Assembly (NCBI GenBank): GCA_903879765.1
Contig: CAIRMS010000161.1
Coordinates: 1-56,757 of the forward strand
DNA length: 56,757 nt
Reading direction: 5' to 3'
From: an uncultured Flavobacteriales bacterium
GTDB lineage: Bacteria; Bacteroidota; Bacteroidia; Flavobacteriales_D; Crocinitomicaceae
Positions 18,356 to 26,849 of the stretch are shown piece after piece. The notes beneath the pieces are model-generated. The model was not told the origin of the DNA and did not search any database. It was given only the letters and a program-made list of their open reading frames with translations. The first letter of the stretch is position 1; the number at the start of each line of letters is the position of its first letter. The position numbers and the translations under genes are program-made.

Positions 18356-20365
18356 ATGAAAAAAATCATTGCTAGCATTCTTCTCGGATGTAGTTTCTTT
18401 GGCCTACGCGCACAAAAAGAGATCAACTCCGTTGCACCCATTAAAAAAGTTACAGTCTTTTTCACAGGCGCACAAGTTCAACATGAAGCTAAACTTGACT
18501 TACAAGCAGGTAGACAGGACATCGTTTTTCAAAAATTAACTGATTTTATTGATCCAAACACGGTACAGGTAAAAGCACAAGGTGATGTTACCATTCTTTC
18601 TGTTCGAACACGTAAGAATTTTGAGGACTTGAAAATCAGCAATGAAGAAATTCACGCATTGAATGTAAAGAAAGAGCTGTTATTTAAGAAAGACCAAACC
18701 TTACGTGATGAATATGTCATTCTTGAAATGGACAAGAATCTATTACTGAAAAATCGCGATTTAAAAGGACAAGACCAAGGATTGAAAATAACAGAATTAA
18801 AAGAAGCCTATTTGTTTATGCATACGAAGCTTACGGAAGTCATCACACGTGAAACGGAGATTTATGCAGAATTGGAAGACCTTCAAAAGAAAATGAATCA
18901 AATTGAGCAAGAGATTATTAGTCAACGTTCCAAACCAGTCATTAATTATTCTGAGGTAGTTGTTGAAGTGGATGTGACTAAATCTTGTACAGCTGGATTT
19001 CAATTCAATTATATTAGTCCAAATGCAACATGGAAAGCTTATTACGATATGCGCAGCGATGGCATTGGAAAACCCGTTCGTTTGGAAGCAAAAGCTAATT
19101 TGAGTCAAACGACAGGTATCGAGTGGAAGGATGTTGATTTAGTTCTTTCTACGAATGATCCCTATGAAAATGCACAAGAACCAACATTGCAACCTTGGAT
19201 TATCTATTACAATAATTACCCGCAGCAAAAAACGCAATCAACTCGAACCTTGCCTCAAGTTAATTACGCAGGAGAGAAATTAAGAGGAGAAGTAATTGAT
19301 GCTTCCACTGGAGAAGCAATGCCATTTGCAAAGGTTCGATTTTCAAACATTACAGGAGGAGCTATAACCGATTTCGATGGTAAGTTCGAACTGACGATTC
19401 CAAAAGGAGAAAATTACGTGACGGCAAGCTATGTTGGATACGATGAGGTGCAGTTACAAATTACTTCTACCTATTTGAAATTTTTCTTAGAACCGCAGGA
19501 AGTAAGTATACAAGAAGTTATGGTTCGCGGATCTAGATCGGAAGACGCTGATTATTATTATATAGATGGAATTGAAGTTAGAACACAAGCAAATACAATC
19601 AGTAGAGAAGATATTTCACGAATGCCTGCAAGATCTGCGGATGGAATTGCGAGCTCTGTTGGAGGTATTAACATAGGAAGAAAGCGTAAAATGGAATTCA
19701 AAAACGAAACTACTGGATGGAAAGCCAACGCTGTTGCAACAACTATTACAAAAAAAGACTTGCGTGTGGAGTATGCGATTCAGTCCAAAATGTCCATTCC
19801 TTCGGATGGCATGGATCACCGTGTGAGCATTGTTACACATGAATTACCAGCGTCATACGAATACCATGTTGTTCCGAAAATTGACCCTAGTGTCTATTTA
19901 TCCGCACAAGTTGTTGGATGGGAGAAATTGAATTTATTAAGCGGAGAATCCAATATTTACTTCGATGGTACATTCATGGGGAAATCATTTTTAGATGTGA
20001 ACTCCACAAAAGACACGCTCTCGTTCTCATTCGGAAAGGACAGTAAAATCAGTGTGGAACGAACTCGTTTGAAAGAAAAATCGAAGATTAAAACCATCGG
20101 ATCACGTCAAAAATTCGATGTGACTTGGGAGATTAAGATTAAAAATAATGGTGGGGCGATGATTCCGTTGATTGTAAAAGATCAGTTCCCTGTGTCGAAT
20201 CTAGAGGACATTAAAGTGAAACGAGGAGATGTATTAGATGCGAGAGTGGATGAAAAAACGGGAATTATTACGTGGAGTTTCTTAAAAGGAATTTCCGGAT
20301 CACAGACCATCACCTTCGACTATAGCGTGGATTCACAATATGGGATTCAGCTTTACTTAGAATAA
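18356..20365 (+). CDS. DUF4139-family protein with embedded CarboxypepD_reg / plug-like segment
   Basis: ATG 18356 gives a signal peptide (MKKIIASILLGCSFFGLRAQ), whereas the track start is a TTG extension. Coiled-coil region and DUF4139-like C-terminus. Internal GEVIDASTGEAMPFAKVRF...YYIDGIEV segment. Confidence 0.65.
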   Translation: MKKIIASILLGCSFFGLRAQKEINSVAPIKKVTVFFTGAQVQHEAKLDLQAGRQDIVFQKLTDFIDPNTVQVKAQGDVTILSVRTRKNFEDLKISNEEIHALNVKKELLFKKDQTLRDEYVILEMDKNLLLKNRDLKGQDQGLKITELKEAYLFMHTKLTEVITRETEIYAELEDLQKKMNQIEQEIISQRSKPVINYSEVVVEVDVTKSCTAGFQFNYISPNATWKAYYDMRSDGIGKPVRLEAKANLSQTTGIEWKDVDLVLSTNDPYENAQEPTLQPWIIYYNNYPQQKTQSTRTLPQVNYAGEKLRGEVIDASTGEAMPFAKVRFSNITGGAITDFDGKFELTIPKGENYVTASYVGYDEVQLQITSTYLKFFLEPQEVSIQEVMVRGSRSEDADYYYIDGIEVRTQANTISREDISRMPARSADGIASSVGGINIGRKRKMEFKNETTGWKANAVATTITKKDLRVEYAIQSKMSIPSDGMDHRVSIVTHELPASYEYHVVPKIDPSVYLSAQVVGWEKLNLLSGESNIYFDGTFMGKSFLDVNSTKDTLSFSFGKDSKISVERTRLKEKSKIKTIGSRQKFDVTWEIKIKNNGGAMIPLIVKDQFPVSNLEDIKVKRGDVLDARVDEKTGIITWSFLKGISGSQTITFDYSVDSQYGIQLYLE

Positions 20366-20370
20366 ATTTG
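20363..20370 (+). promoter_or_regulatory. -7 promoter box (TAnnTTTG) upstream of truA
   Basis: TAAATTTG overlaps the TAA stop of the upstream gene, 51 nt before ATG 20421. Confidence 0.35.
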
Positions 20371-20386
20371 ATCAAGTACCTTGAGG

Positions 20387-20415
20387 AGCCACCAATGTTT
20401 TGTAACTTGGTGGCT
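20387..20415 (+). terminator. perfect 9-bp stem-loop between the DUF4139 gene and truA (weak terminator or truA leader structure)
   Basis: AGCCACCAA (20387-20395) pairs with TTGGTGGCT (20407-20415) around an 11-nt loop. The U-tract is poor (TCGTT). Confidence 0.35.
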
Positions 20416-20420
20416 TCGTT

Positions 20421-21170
20421 ATGCAACGATATTTTGTTCAAGTCGCTTACCGTGGAACAGCTTACAATGGTTGGCAGTCTCAACCGAACGCACCCAGTGT
20501 TCAGGAGACAATTGAGCGCTGTTTTTCGAAGGTTTTTGGAAATACTTCAGTTCCAATCGTGGGGTGCGGGAGAACGGATGCAGGCGTTCATGCGAAATCC
20601 TATTTTTTCCATGTAGATTTACCACAAGTTTGGGACGAACAGCACATCTGTTTTAAGTTAAACCGCATGCTTCCTCCGGACATCAGTGCGATTGAGGCGA
20701 TGAAAGTATCCTCTGAATTTCATGCACGTTTCCATGCGACCAAACGCACGTATCGTTATTTCCTTCACCAGCATAAAGATCCTTTTCAATTAGATCAAAG
20801 TTGGTATTTCCAACAGCCATTAGATTTTTCGGCCATGAATGCGGCTGCTCAGCGTTTGTTGGGTACTAAAGACTTTGGTTCCTTTTCCAAATTACATACC
20901 GTTGTCAAGACAAATATCTGTACTGTTTTTCATGCCGAATGGACTCAAACCGATGATCAATGGTATTTTGAAATCTCTGCCAATCGTTTTTTACGAAATA
21001 TGGTTCGAGCGATTGTTGGAACCTTAATTGAAGTTGGATTAGGTAATCTTTCCATTGATGATATCGACGCGATCATCGAGGCAAAGGACCGTGGTCAAGC
21101 GGCGGTTTCCGTTCCTGCCCATGGCTTATTTCTGTGGGACATTGCTTATCCATTTTTGTCAGAAAAGTAA
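20421..21170 (+). CDS. truA: tRNA pseudouridine(38-40) synthase
   Basis: GCGRTDAGVHA catalytic-Asp motif, N-terminal YNGWQSQ, 249 aa. Confidence 0.93.
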   Translation: MQRYFVQVAYRGTAYNGWQSQPNAPSVQETIERCFSKVFGNTSVPIVGCGRTDAGVHAKSYFFHVDLPQVWDEQHICFKLNRMLPPDISAIEAMKVSSEFHARFHATKRTYRYFLHQHKDPFQLDQSWYFQQPLDFSAMNAAAQRLLGTKDFGSFSKLHTVVKTNICTVFHAEWTQTDDQWYFEISANRFLRNMVRAIVGTLIEVGLGNLSIDDIDAIIEAKDRGQAAVSVPAHGLFLWDIAYPFLSEK

Positions 21171-21179
21171 CCCAAAAAA

Positions 21180-21202
21180 AAAGGCGACATTTCTGCCGCC
21201 TT
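21180..21202. terminator. stem-loop terminator between convergent genes
   Basis: AAGGCG/CGCCTT stem preceded by A9 (a T-run on the minus strand). Confidence 0.5.
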
Positions 21203-21222
21203 TCCAAAGTTCAATTTTGTTT

Positions 21223-21933
21223 TTATTCCTGATTGGACATGTAAGCTCTGTATAAGTCAAAGTAGCTTTTTGTTTCTACAACAATTGCTCCTCCAAGCGT
21301 ATCTCCGTATTTTGCTGGAAGTCCACCCGTGTAGACCATCATTCTATTAATAGAGCAACTTGGCACGCTAAACACTTCGTTGCTTTTGATACCGTCCAAA
21401 ATATAAATCATATCGCCTTTACGCGCACCTCGAAACATCAATTGACCATCATCGTCCATTTTAATTTCAGAAGACATGGATGTCGCTAGTGTCTTTATAT
21501 CAAATTTATTTGCGTTGTGTACTAAATCCTTAGACGTTAATTCCTTTACAGGTAATTCTCCATAGATTAAGCGAATTCGCGTACCAACGGGAACCGCTTT
21601 CATTGTTTGAACGGCATTCGTGTTCATTAAAATCGTTCCTAAATTACAATAGGCTTCGATCGGAACATCTACTGGAATTCCTTTCAAGGAATCTGTTTTA
21701 TAAACGATGTACATCGTGTATTTTCCTACGGGTACACTTGAGATTCGGAATCGACCATCAGCATCGGTCATGGCATAATATATTTTATCCTGATCTTCCA
21801 CCACTGCGCGAGCATTTGGCAAGGGTTTATCGTCGTTAAAATTCATCACTTTGCCGATGATGTCACCTGTTACAGACTGAGCAATTGTGTTTCCTGCAAA
21901 TATTAGCATCCACACTGCGAACCAACTTTTCAT
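21223..21933 (-). CDS. CarboxypepD_reg plus TonB-receptor plug domain protein with no beta-barrel
   Basis: Signal peptide, GKVMNFNDDKPLPNARAVV and GRFRISSVPVGKYTM (CarboxypepD_reg-like). The IYILDGIKSN...VYTGGLPAKYGD plug motifs are followed by the end of the protein. Confidence 0.6.
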   Translation of the reverse strand: MKSWFAVWMLIFAGNTIAQSVTGDIIGKVMNFNDDKPLPNARAVVEDQDKIYYAMTDADGRFRISSVPVGKYTMYIVYKTDSLKGIPVDVPIEAYCNLGTILMNTNAVQTMKAVPVGTRIRLIYGELPVKELTSKDLVHNANKFDIKTLATSMSSEIKMDDDGQLMFRGARKGDMIYILDGIKSNEVFSVPSCSINRMMVYTGGLPAKYGDTLGGAIVVETKSYFDLYRAYMSNQE

Positions 21934-21999
21934 AGATTTTTGTTTTTTGGATTTCTTTAAAGATGTTGACTACGATGAAATTCCATAAAAGACAAAAAA

Positions 22000-22025
22000 A
22001 AAGGCCCACATTGCTGTGAGCCTTT
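22000..22025 (-). terminator. Rho-independent terminator of fabD
   Basis: AAAGGCCCACA/TGTGAGCCTTT stem with one mismatch and a 4-nt loop, followed on the minus strand by a T9 run. Confidence 0.6.
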
Positions 22026-22043
22026 GACTATTTTATTTCCGTA

Positions 22044-22931
22044 TTATTCAACGATTGTTGCACTGCTTGTTGTTAATTCGCGGTTTACTTTTTTGAAAAG
22101 TCCTTGTAAAACTTTTCCCGGACCAACCTCTACTACTTCGTCACAACCATCAGAAAGCATGTTATTCATGATTTGTGTCCATTTCACTGCTCCCGTTAAT
22201 TGTAAAACCAAATTTTGTTTGATTTCAGCTGGATCAGAAACCGCTTTTGCATTAACATTCTGATACACGGGACATGTTGGTTGTGAAAAATGTGTTGCTT
22301 CGATAGCCGCTGCGAGTTCTTCGCGTGCGGGCTCCATCAAAGGTGAATGAAAGGCTCCACCTACTTGTAGCATCATCGCTCTTTTCGCGCCAGCTTCTGT
22401 TAACTTGGCACACGCTGCTTCCACTGCTGGTATGGAACCAGATATCACTAATTGTCCAGGACAGTTATAGTTTGCCGGAACAACGACACCCTCGATTTCG
22501 GAACAGATTTTTTCCACGACGTCGTCTTCCAATCCAAGAATTGCTGCCATCGTTGAAGGTTGCATTTCGCATGCTTTTTGCATCGCGAGAGCACGTTGCG
22601 AAACCAAACGGAGTCCATCCTCGAAACTCAACGCTTTGTTTGCAACCAACGCTGAAAACTCACCTAATGAGTGTCCTGCAACCATTGCCGGCTGAAATGA
22701 CTCACCTAAACATGCTGCAAGAATTGTCGAATGTAAGAAGATAGCCGGCTGTGTCACTTTTGTTTGTTTCAACTCCTCTTCGCTTCCTTCGAACATGATT
22801 TTTTGAATATCGAATCCAAGAATTTCATTTGCTTTTTGGAACATTGATTTGGCTAAATCTGAATGTTCATATAAATCTTTACCCATTCCGGTGAACTGTG
22901 CACCTTGTCCGGGAAATACATATGCTTTCAT
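22044..22931 (-). CDS. fabD: malonyl CoA-ACP transacylase
   Basis: FPGQGAQ and GHSLGEFSAL active-site motifs, 295 aa. Confidence 0.95.
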   Translation of the reverse strand: MKAYVFPGQGAQFTGMGKDLYEHSDLAKSMFQKANEILGFDIQKIMFEGSEEELKQTKVTQPAIFLHSTILAACLGESFQPAMVAGHSLGEFSALVANKALSFEDGLRLVSQRALAMQKACEMQPSTMAAILGLEDDVVEKICSEIEGVVVPANYNCPGQLVISGSIPAVEAACAKLTEAGAKRAMMLQVGGAFHSPLMEPAREELAAAIEATHFSQPTCPVYQNVNAKAVSDPAEIKQNLVLQLTGAVKWTQIMNNMLSDGCDEVVEVGPGKVLQGLFKKVNRELTTSSATIVE

Positions 22932-22973
22932 AACGCTTAATTTTGGGGTAAAATTAATGATTCCTTTGGAATG

Positions 22974-23813
22974 TTATAATTGTCCGTCGGAATGATAACG
23001 TCCGGCTTTAAAGATTCTCACCTTTTGAAGAATCCCATCAGCATCATAATCATAGACTTTTCCATCCCACAACTGGCCATTTTTAAAATCTCCTTCCATC
23101 CAAATTTCATCGTTGTCGTTATACACTTTGTTATAACCATTTGTGACAAATTTCAATCCTTTCATCCTTGGATTGGTGATTTTTGGTGGATATATCATTG
23201 ATTCCATGCTCGATACAGCTGGTTTGGGCTGCGGAATAGCTGAACTATTTTTCACGTTTAAAATTGTACCTGATGCAGATACCTCAAAAGATTCTATCAG
23301 ATTTCCTTGTGTATTATAACGATTTACCTTTCCACCTAAGGTTCCGTTTTTCATTGAATACTCCAAGGCAATTTTTCCATTCTCATGAAAATATTGAACA
23401 TTTCCGGTTTCTTTTCCTTCGTTATTATAGATCGCCTTATAAGCAATGACCCCATTCTCATAATAGCGAACAAGAGTACCTTTGTATCCATTCTTTTCGA
23501 AACTTCCTTGTTCCTTGATATGTCCATTCGAATAAAAACGAGTAAATGATCCTTCAGGTCGATTATTGGAATAATTTCCTTTCAACTTTGGCGTTTTACC
23601 ATCTTTGTGGTATTTCGTCCATATCCCTTCTTTTCTTCCATCAACATAGATTCCCTCTTCTACCTTTCCTGTTTTAGCGATTCCAGAATGAGGTTTATCT
23701 GCGCCAGTATAAATCCATTTGCCTGTTCGCTTTCCATGCGCATCTTTTTTATTCTGCGCTTGAACAAGAGACGTAAGCAAAATGAATAAGAAGATTAGGT
23801 GATATTTTATCAT
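22974..23813 (-). CDS. secreted MORN-variant repeat protein (YwqK-like)
   Basis: Signal peptide and repeated G.W..Y..NG motifs (YYENGVIAYKAIYNNEGKETG, YFHENGKIALEY). Confidence 0.7.
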   Translation of the reverse strand: MIKYHLIFLFILLTSLVQAQNKKDAHGKRTGKWIYTGADKPHSGIAKTGKVEEGIYVDGRKEGIWTKYHKDGKTPKLKGNYSNNRPEGSFTRFYSNGHIKEQGSFEKNGYKGTLVRYYENGVIAYKAIYNNEGKETGNVQYFHENGKIALEYSMKNGTLGGKVNRYNTQGNLIESFEVSASGTILNVKNSSAIPQPKPAVSSMESMIYPPKITNPRMKGLKFVTNGYNKVYNDNDEIWMEGDFKNGQLWDGKVYDYDADGILQKVRIFKAGRYHSDGQL

Positions 23814-23919
23814 AATTAAAATCTAATGTAAAAGTATGAAAAGAAGGTAGAAATCTGTGAATAACTACTGAAAAATTACCATCAAAAAACGAGAAGAAAA
23901 AGGTAATTTTGAATTCATT

Positions 23920-24813
23920 ATGTTGACATTTAATCCACAGGAAATATCGGTTCAGCGACTTCATCAGTTGCTACTAGGGTCTATTGGTCCAAGGCCAATT
24001 GCATTTGCATCAACCATGAATGCTGCCGGACAAGCAAATCTGGCACCATTTAGTTTTTTTAATGTTTTTAGTGCGAATCCCCCGATTTTAATTTTTTCGC
24101 CGGCACGATCTGGCAGAACAAATGAAACGAAGGATACTTACAAAAATGTGAAGGAGCTTCCGGAGGTAGTCATCAACGTGGTAAATTTCGATATTGTACA
24201 TCAAATGAGTTTGGCGAGTTCACCTTATTCTCCAGGGATAAGTGAATTTGAAAAAGCTGGACTTACCGCTATTCCATCAGAGACAATTAAACCCTTCCGC
24301 GTTGCAGAAGCACCTGTTCAGTTTGAATGTCGTGTAAATGAAGTGAAAGAACTTGGTAACAAGGGCGGAGCTGGAAACTTAATCATTTGTGAAGTATTGC
24401 GTATGCATGTGAGAGAAGACCTCATAAATGAAAAAGGACTGATTGATCAGCACAAAATAGACTTGGTTTCACGTATGGGGGGAGATTGGTACGTTCGAGC
24501 AAATGAACAGTCTATGTTCGAGGTTAAAAAACCAATTACGACATGTGGAATTGGCTTTGACGCACTTCCAAAGGACATCAGAAATAGTAAATTTTTAAGC
24601 GGAAATGACCTTGGTCAATTGGCTGGAATCGAAGAACTGCCAAATGAAACGGATGTGAACGAATATAAGCTGATTGAATTAAGCGAATTATTTGTATCTT
24701 TAGAAAACGACGCAGTCGAACTCGAAACACAACTTCATCAAAAAGCAAAAGCCCTTTTAAGCGAAAATAAGTTAGAAGAAGCTTGGCTCACTTTATTAGC
24801 ATTTAACAATTAA
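23920..24813 (+). CDS. flavin reductase-like (FMN-binding split barrel) protein
   Basis: The PRPIAFASTMNAAGQANLAPFSFFN motif is typical of the flavin reductase domain. Confidence 0.75.
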   Translation: MLTFNPQEISVQRLHQLLLGSIGPRPIAFASTMNAAGQANLAPFSFFNVFSANPPILIFSPARSGRTNETKDTYKNVKELPEVVINVVNFDIVHQMSLASSPYSPGISEFEKAGLTAIPSETIKPFRVAEAPVQFECRVNEVKELGNKGGAGNLIICEVLRMHVREDLINEKGLIDQHKIDLVSRMGGDWYVRANEQSMFEVKKPITTCGIGFDALPKDIRNSKFLSGNDLGQLAGIEELPNETDVNEYKLIELSELFVSLENDAVELETQLHQKAKALLSENKLEEAWLTLLAFNN

Positions 24814-24824
24814 ATTATAATTCA

Positions 24825-25220
24825 ATGTTTAAATTCACCGGAACCATCAAGGTTATCCAACCAACGCAACAAGTCACAGAGAAATTTGCTAAAAGAGAAT
24901 TTGTTGTGACAGATACAACTTCAATGTATCCACAAGACATTATGTTTCAAGCAACACAGGACAAATGTAGCATGTTAGACAGCTACAATGTGAATGATCA
25001 AGTGGAGGTTTCATTTAACCTACGTGGACGTGAGTGGACAAGTCCTCAAGGTGAAGTGAAGTACTTTAATACGATTGAAGCGTGGAGAATTGAGCGTCCA
25101 GGACAAGGAACTGGAATGCCGGCTGGCGGACCTTCAGCAATGTCTTTAGGTAATGCTCCTGCATCTACACCAAGCAGTCCAATAACGGCAGCTGAGGATG
25201 ACGACGATTTACCATTCTAA
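24825..25220 (+). CDS. DUF3127-like OB-fold protein with an SSB-type disordered linker and acidic tip
   Basis: N-terminal MFKFTGTIKVIQP...REFVV pattern, a Gly/Pro/Ser-rich tail, and a terminal EDDDDLPF. Confidence 0.6.
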   Translation: MFKFTGTIKVIQPTQQVTEKFAKREFVVTDTTSMYPQDIMFQATQDKCSMLDSYNVNDQVEVSFNLRGREWTSPQGEVKYFNTIEAWRIERPGQGTGMPAGGPSAMSLGNAPASTPSSPITAAEDDDDLPF

Positions 25221-25238
25221 GTAACAAGAATCATAAAA

Positions 25239-25271
25239 ATGCCCCTAACGATACTGTTGGGGGCATTTTTT
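25239..25271. terminator. bidirectional Rho-independent terminator
   Basis: ATGCCCCTAAC/GTTGGGGGCAT stem with a 6-nt loop. An A-run lies upstream and T6 downstream, between convergent genes. Confidence 0.7.
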
Positions 25272-25293
25272 ATTTGTACTCTTCGTGATTGTA

Positions 25294-26019
25294 TCAATAC
25301 ATTAACATCGCTAAACCGCAACCAACAACAATGCTCATTAATTTCATGAGGTTGAATTTGTGGTTCTCGGTTGTTTCAAAAATAATGGTGGTGGAAATAT
25401 GTAGAAACATTCCAACTACAACCGCCAATATCACGTGAACATCCAGTCCAAGTTCGGCTGGAGAAACAGTAAATCCTAGTAGAACGCCGAACGGAGTCAT
25501 TACTGCGAATAAACTAAGCACTAACCACGATTGAAGTTGACTTAACTTCGTATTTATCAATAAGGTCATTAAAGCAATCGCTACCGGAACTTGGTGAAAA
25601 ATAATCCCCCAGAAAAGTGATCCATGTGCGTGCTCATGCGTATTCACAATACCCATATACTCATTACCTAATGGAATTCCTTCAATGATTGAATGAACGG
25701 ATAGAGAAATAAACAAAACCCAAGGCAAGGGTTGTCCTTTGTGCACGTGAACGTGTCCATGTTCTATTCCACCAGAAAAATACTCCAGGATTAATTGTAC
25801 TAAAAATCCAAGGAGAATGAAAATTCCCATTTTCGCTTGACCATCAGCATAAATATCTGGAATCAGGTGCTGAAAGATGATCGCTAATAAGAATCCACCA
25901 CTAAAAGCTAATGCTAATTTGATGAATTGACTTTTATTGGTCGCATTTAGGTATGTCACAACTAATCCACCCATAATTACGGAGGCAATAAGACCAATAA
26001 AAACTAGTGAGATATTCAT
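25294..26019 (-). CDS. ZIP-family metal (zinc) transporter
   Basis: Polytopic membrane protein with a His-rich loop (EHGHVHVHKG) and an HSIIEGIPLG motif. Confidence 0.85.
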   Translation of the reverse strand: MNISLVFIGLIASVIMGGLVVTYLNATNKSQFIKLALAFSGGFLLAIIFQHLIPDIYADGQAKMGIFILLGFLVQLILEYFSGGIEHGHVHVHKGQPLPWVLFISLSVHSIIEGIPLGNEYMGIVNTHEHAHGSLFWGIIFHQVPVAIALMTLLINTKLSQLQSWLVLSLFAVMTPFGVLLGFTVSPAELGLDVHVILAVVVGMFLHISTTIIFETTENHKFNLMKLMSIVVGCGLAMLMY

Positions 26020-26765
26020 TATTTTAACTGTGCTTGAAGGATTAAACGATCGGAATTTTCTTCGTTAAAAGATATCAAATCGTAGGACCCAAAGGTATTT
26101 ACAATTTCGAATTTATCCGCTAACAAGGAATGAAAATCAGACAATTTTAGGGCCTGTACGCGTTCCATGAAGTGATTTACTTGTCCGTTTTCGATCACCT
26201 CAATGTTTTTAAAGATGTGTTTTCCGTCATAGTTACGTGTGATTTGAAAGGTAACTTCATCGATTACTTTCGTTTCTGAAGGAACTAAATTCTGTATGAC
26301 CTTTGAAGCATTCATGAAATCAATCAAGACAGTGGCGCCAGGTTTCAACATATTCGAAATAGACTCACAAACGCGTTTGTTTTCCGATTCGTGATCAAAG
26401 TAACCAAAACTTGTAAATAAATTGAAAACGGCGTCAAATTGTTCATTTTCTAAGGCCTCTCGCATGTCGTGCGTTTGAAAGCGCAAACGATCATTAGACC
26501 ATTGACTTGCAAGAGAAATGCTGTTTGGAGATAAATCTACACCAAGGACATCGTGTCCAAATTCACTTAAATATTTGGCATGTCGCCCTTTGCCGCAGGC
26601 TAAATCCAATAATTTAGACCCCGAGGGTAAGTTTAAATGGTTAATGAGATTTTGAATAAAGCGTTCTGCTTCCTGTTCATCGCGATTTTGATAGAGTAAA
26701 TGATAATAGCCCGTATCAAACCATTCTTCAAACCATTCTTTTTTTGACATGTTCAAAATTACCAT
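26019..26765 (-). CDS. class I SAM-dependent methyltransferase
   Basis: Motif I LLDLACGKGRH and post-I VLGVDLS. Confidence 0.8.
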   Translation of the reverse strand: MVILNMSKKEWFEEWFDTGYYHLLYQNRDEQEAERFIQNLINHLNLPSGSKLLDLACGKGRHAKYLSEFGHDVLGVDLSPNSISLASQWSNDRLRFQTHDMREALENEQFDAVFNLFTSFGYFDHESENKRVCESISNMLKPGATVLIDFMNASKVIQNLVPSETKVIDEVTFQITRNYDGKHIFKNIEVIENGQVNHFMERVQALKLSDFHSLLADKFEIVNTFGSYDLISFNEENSDRLILQAQLK

Positions 26766-26849
26766 TTTGTTTTCTAAAAAGTGAAAAGAGAATTTGAATG
26801 TTTGTTGTTTTCAGCTGAATATTTTGTATTTTTGACATTATTTTCTGTT

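Noticed and set aside
22974-23813. The YwqK-like MORN protein could be part of a toxin-antitoxin pair.
   Set aside because: It has a signal peptide and no adjacent small toxin gene. Its neighbours are fabD and a flavin reductase on other transcription units, so the antitoxin label of the family does not appear to apply here.
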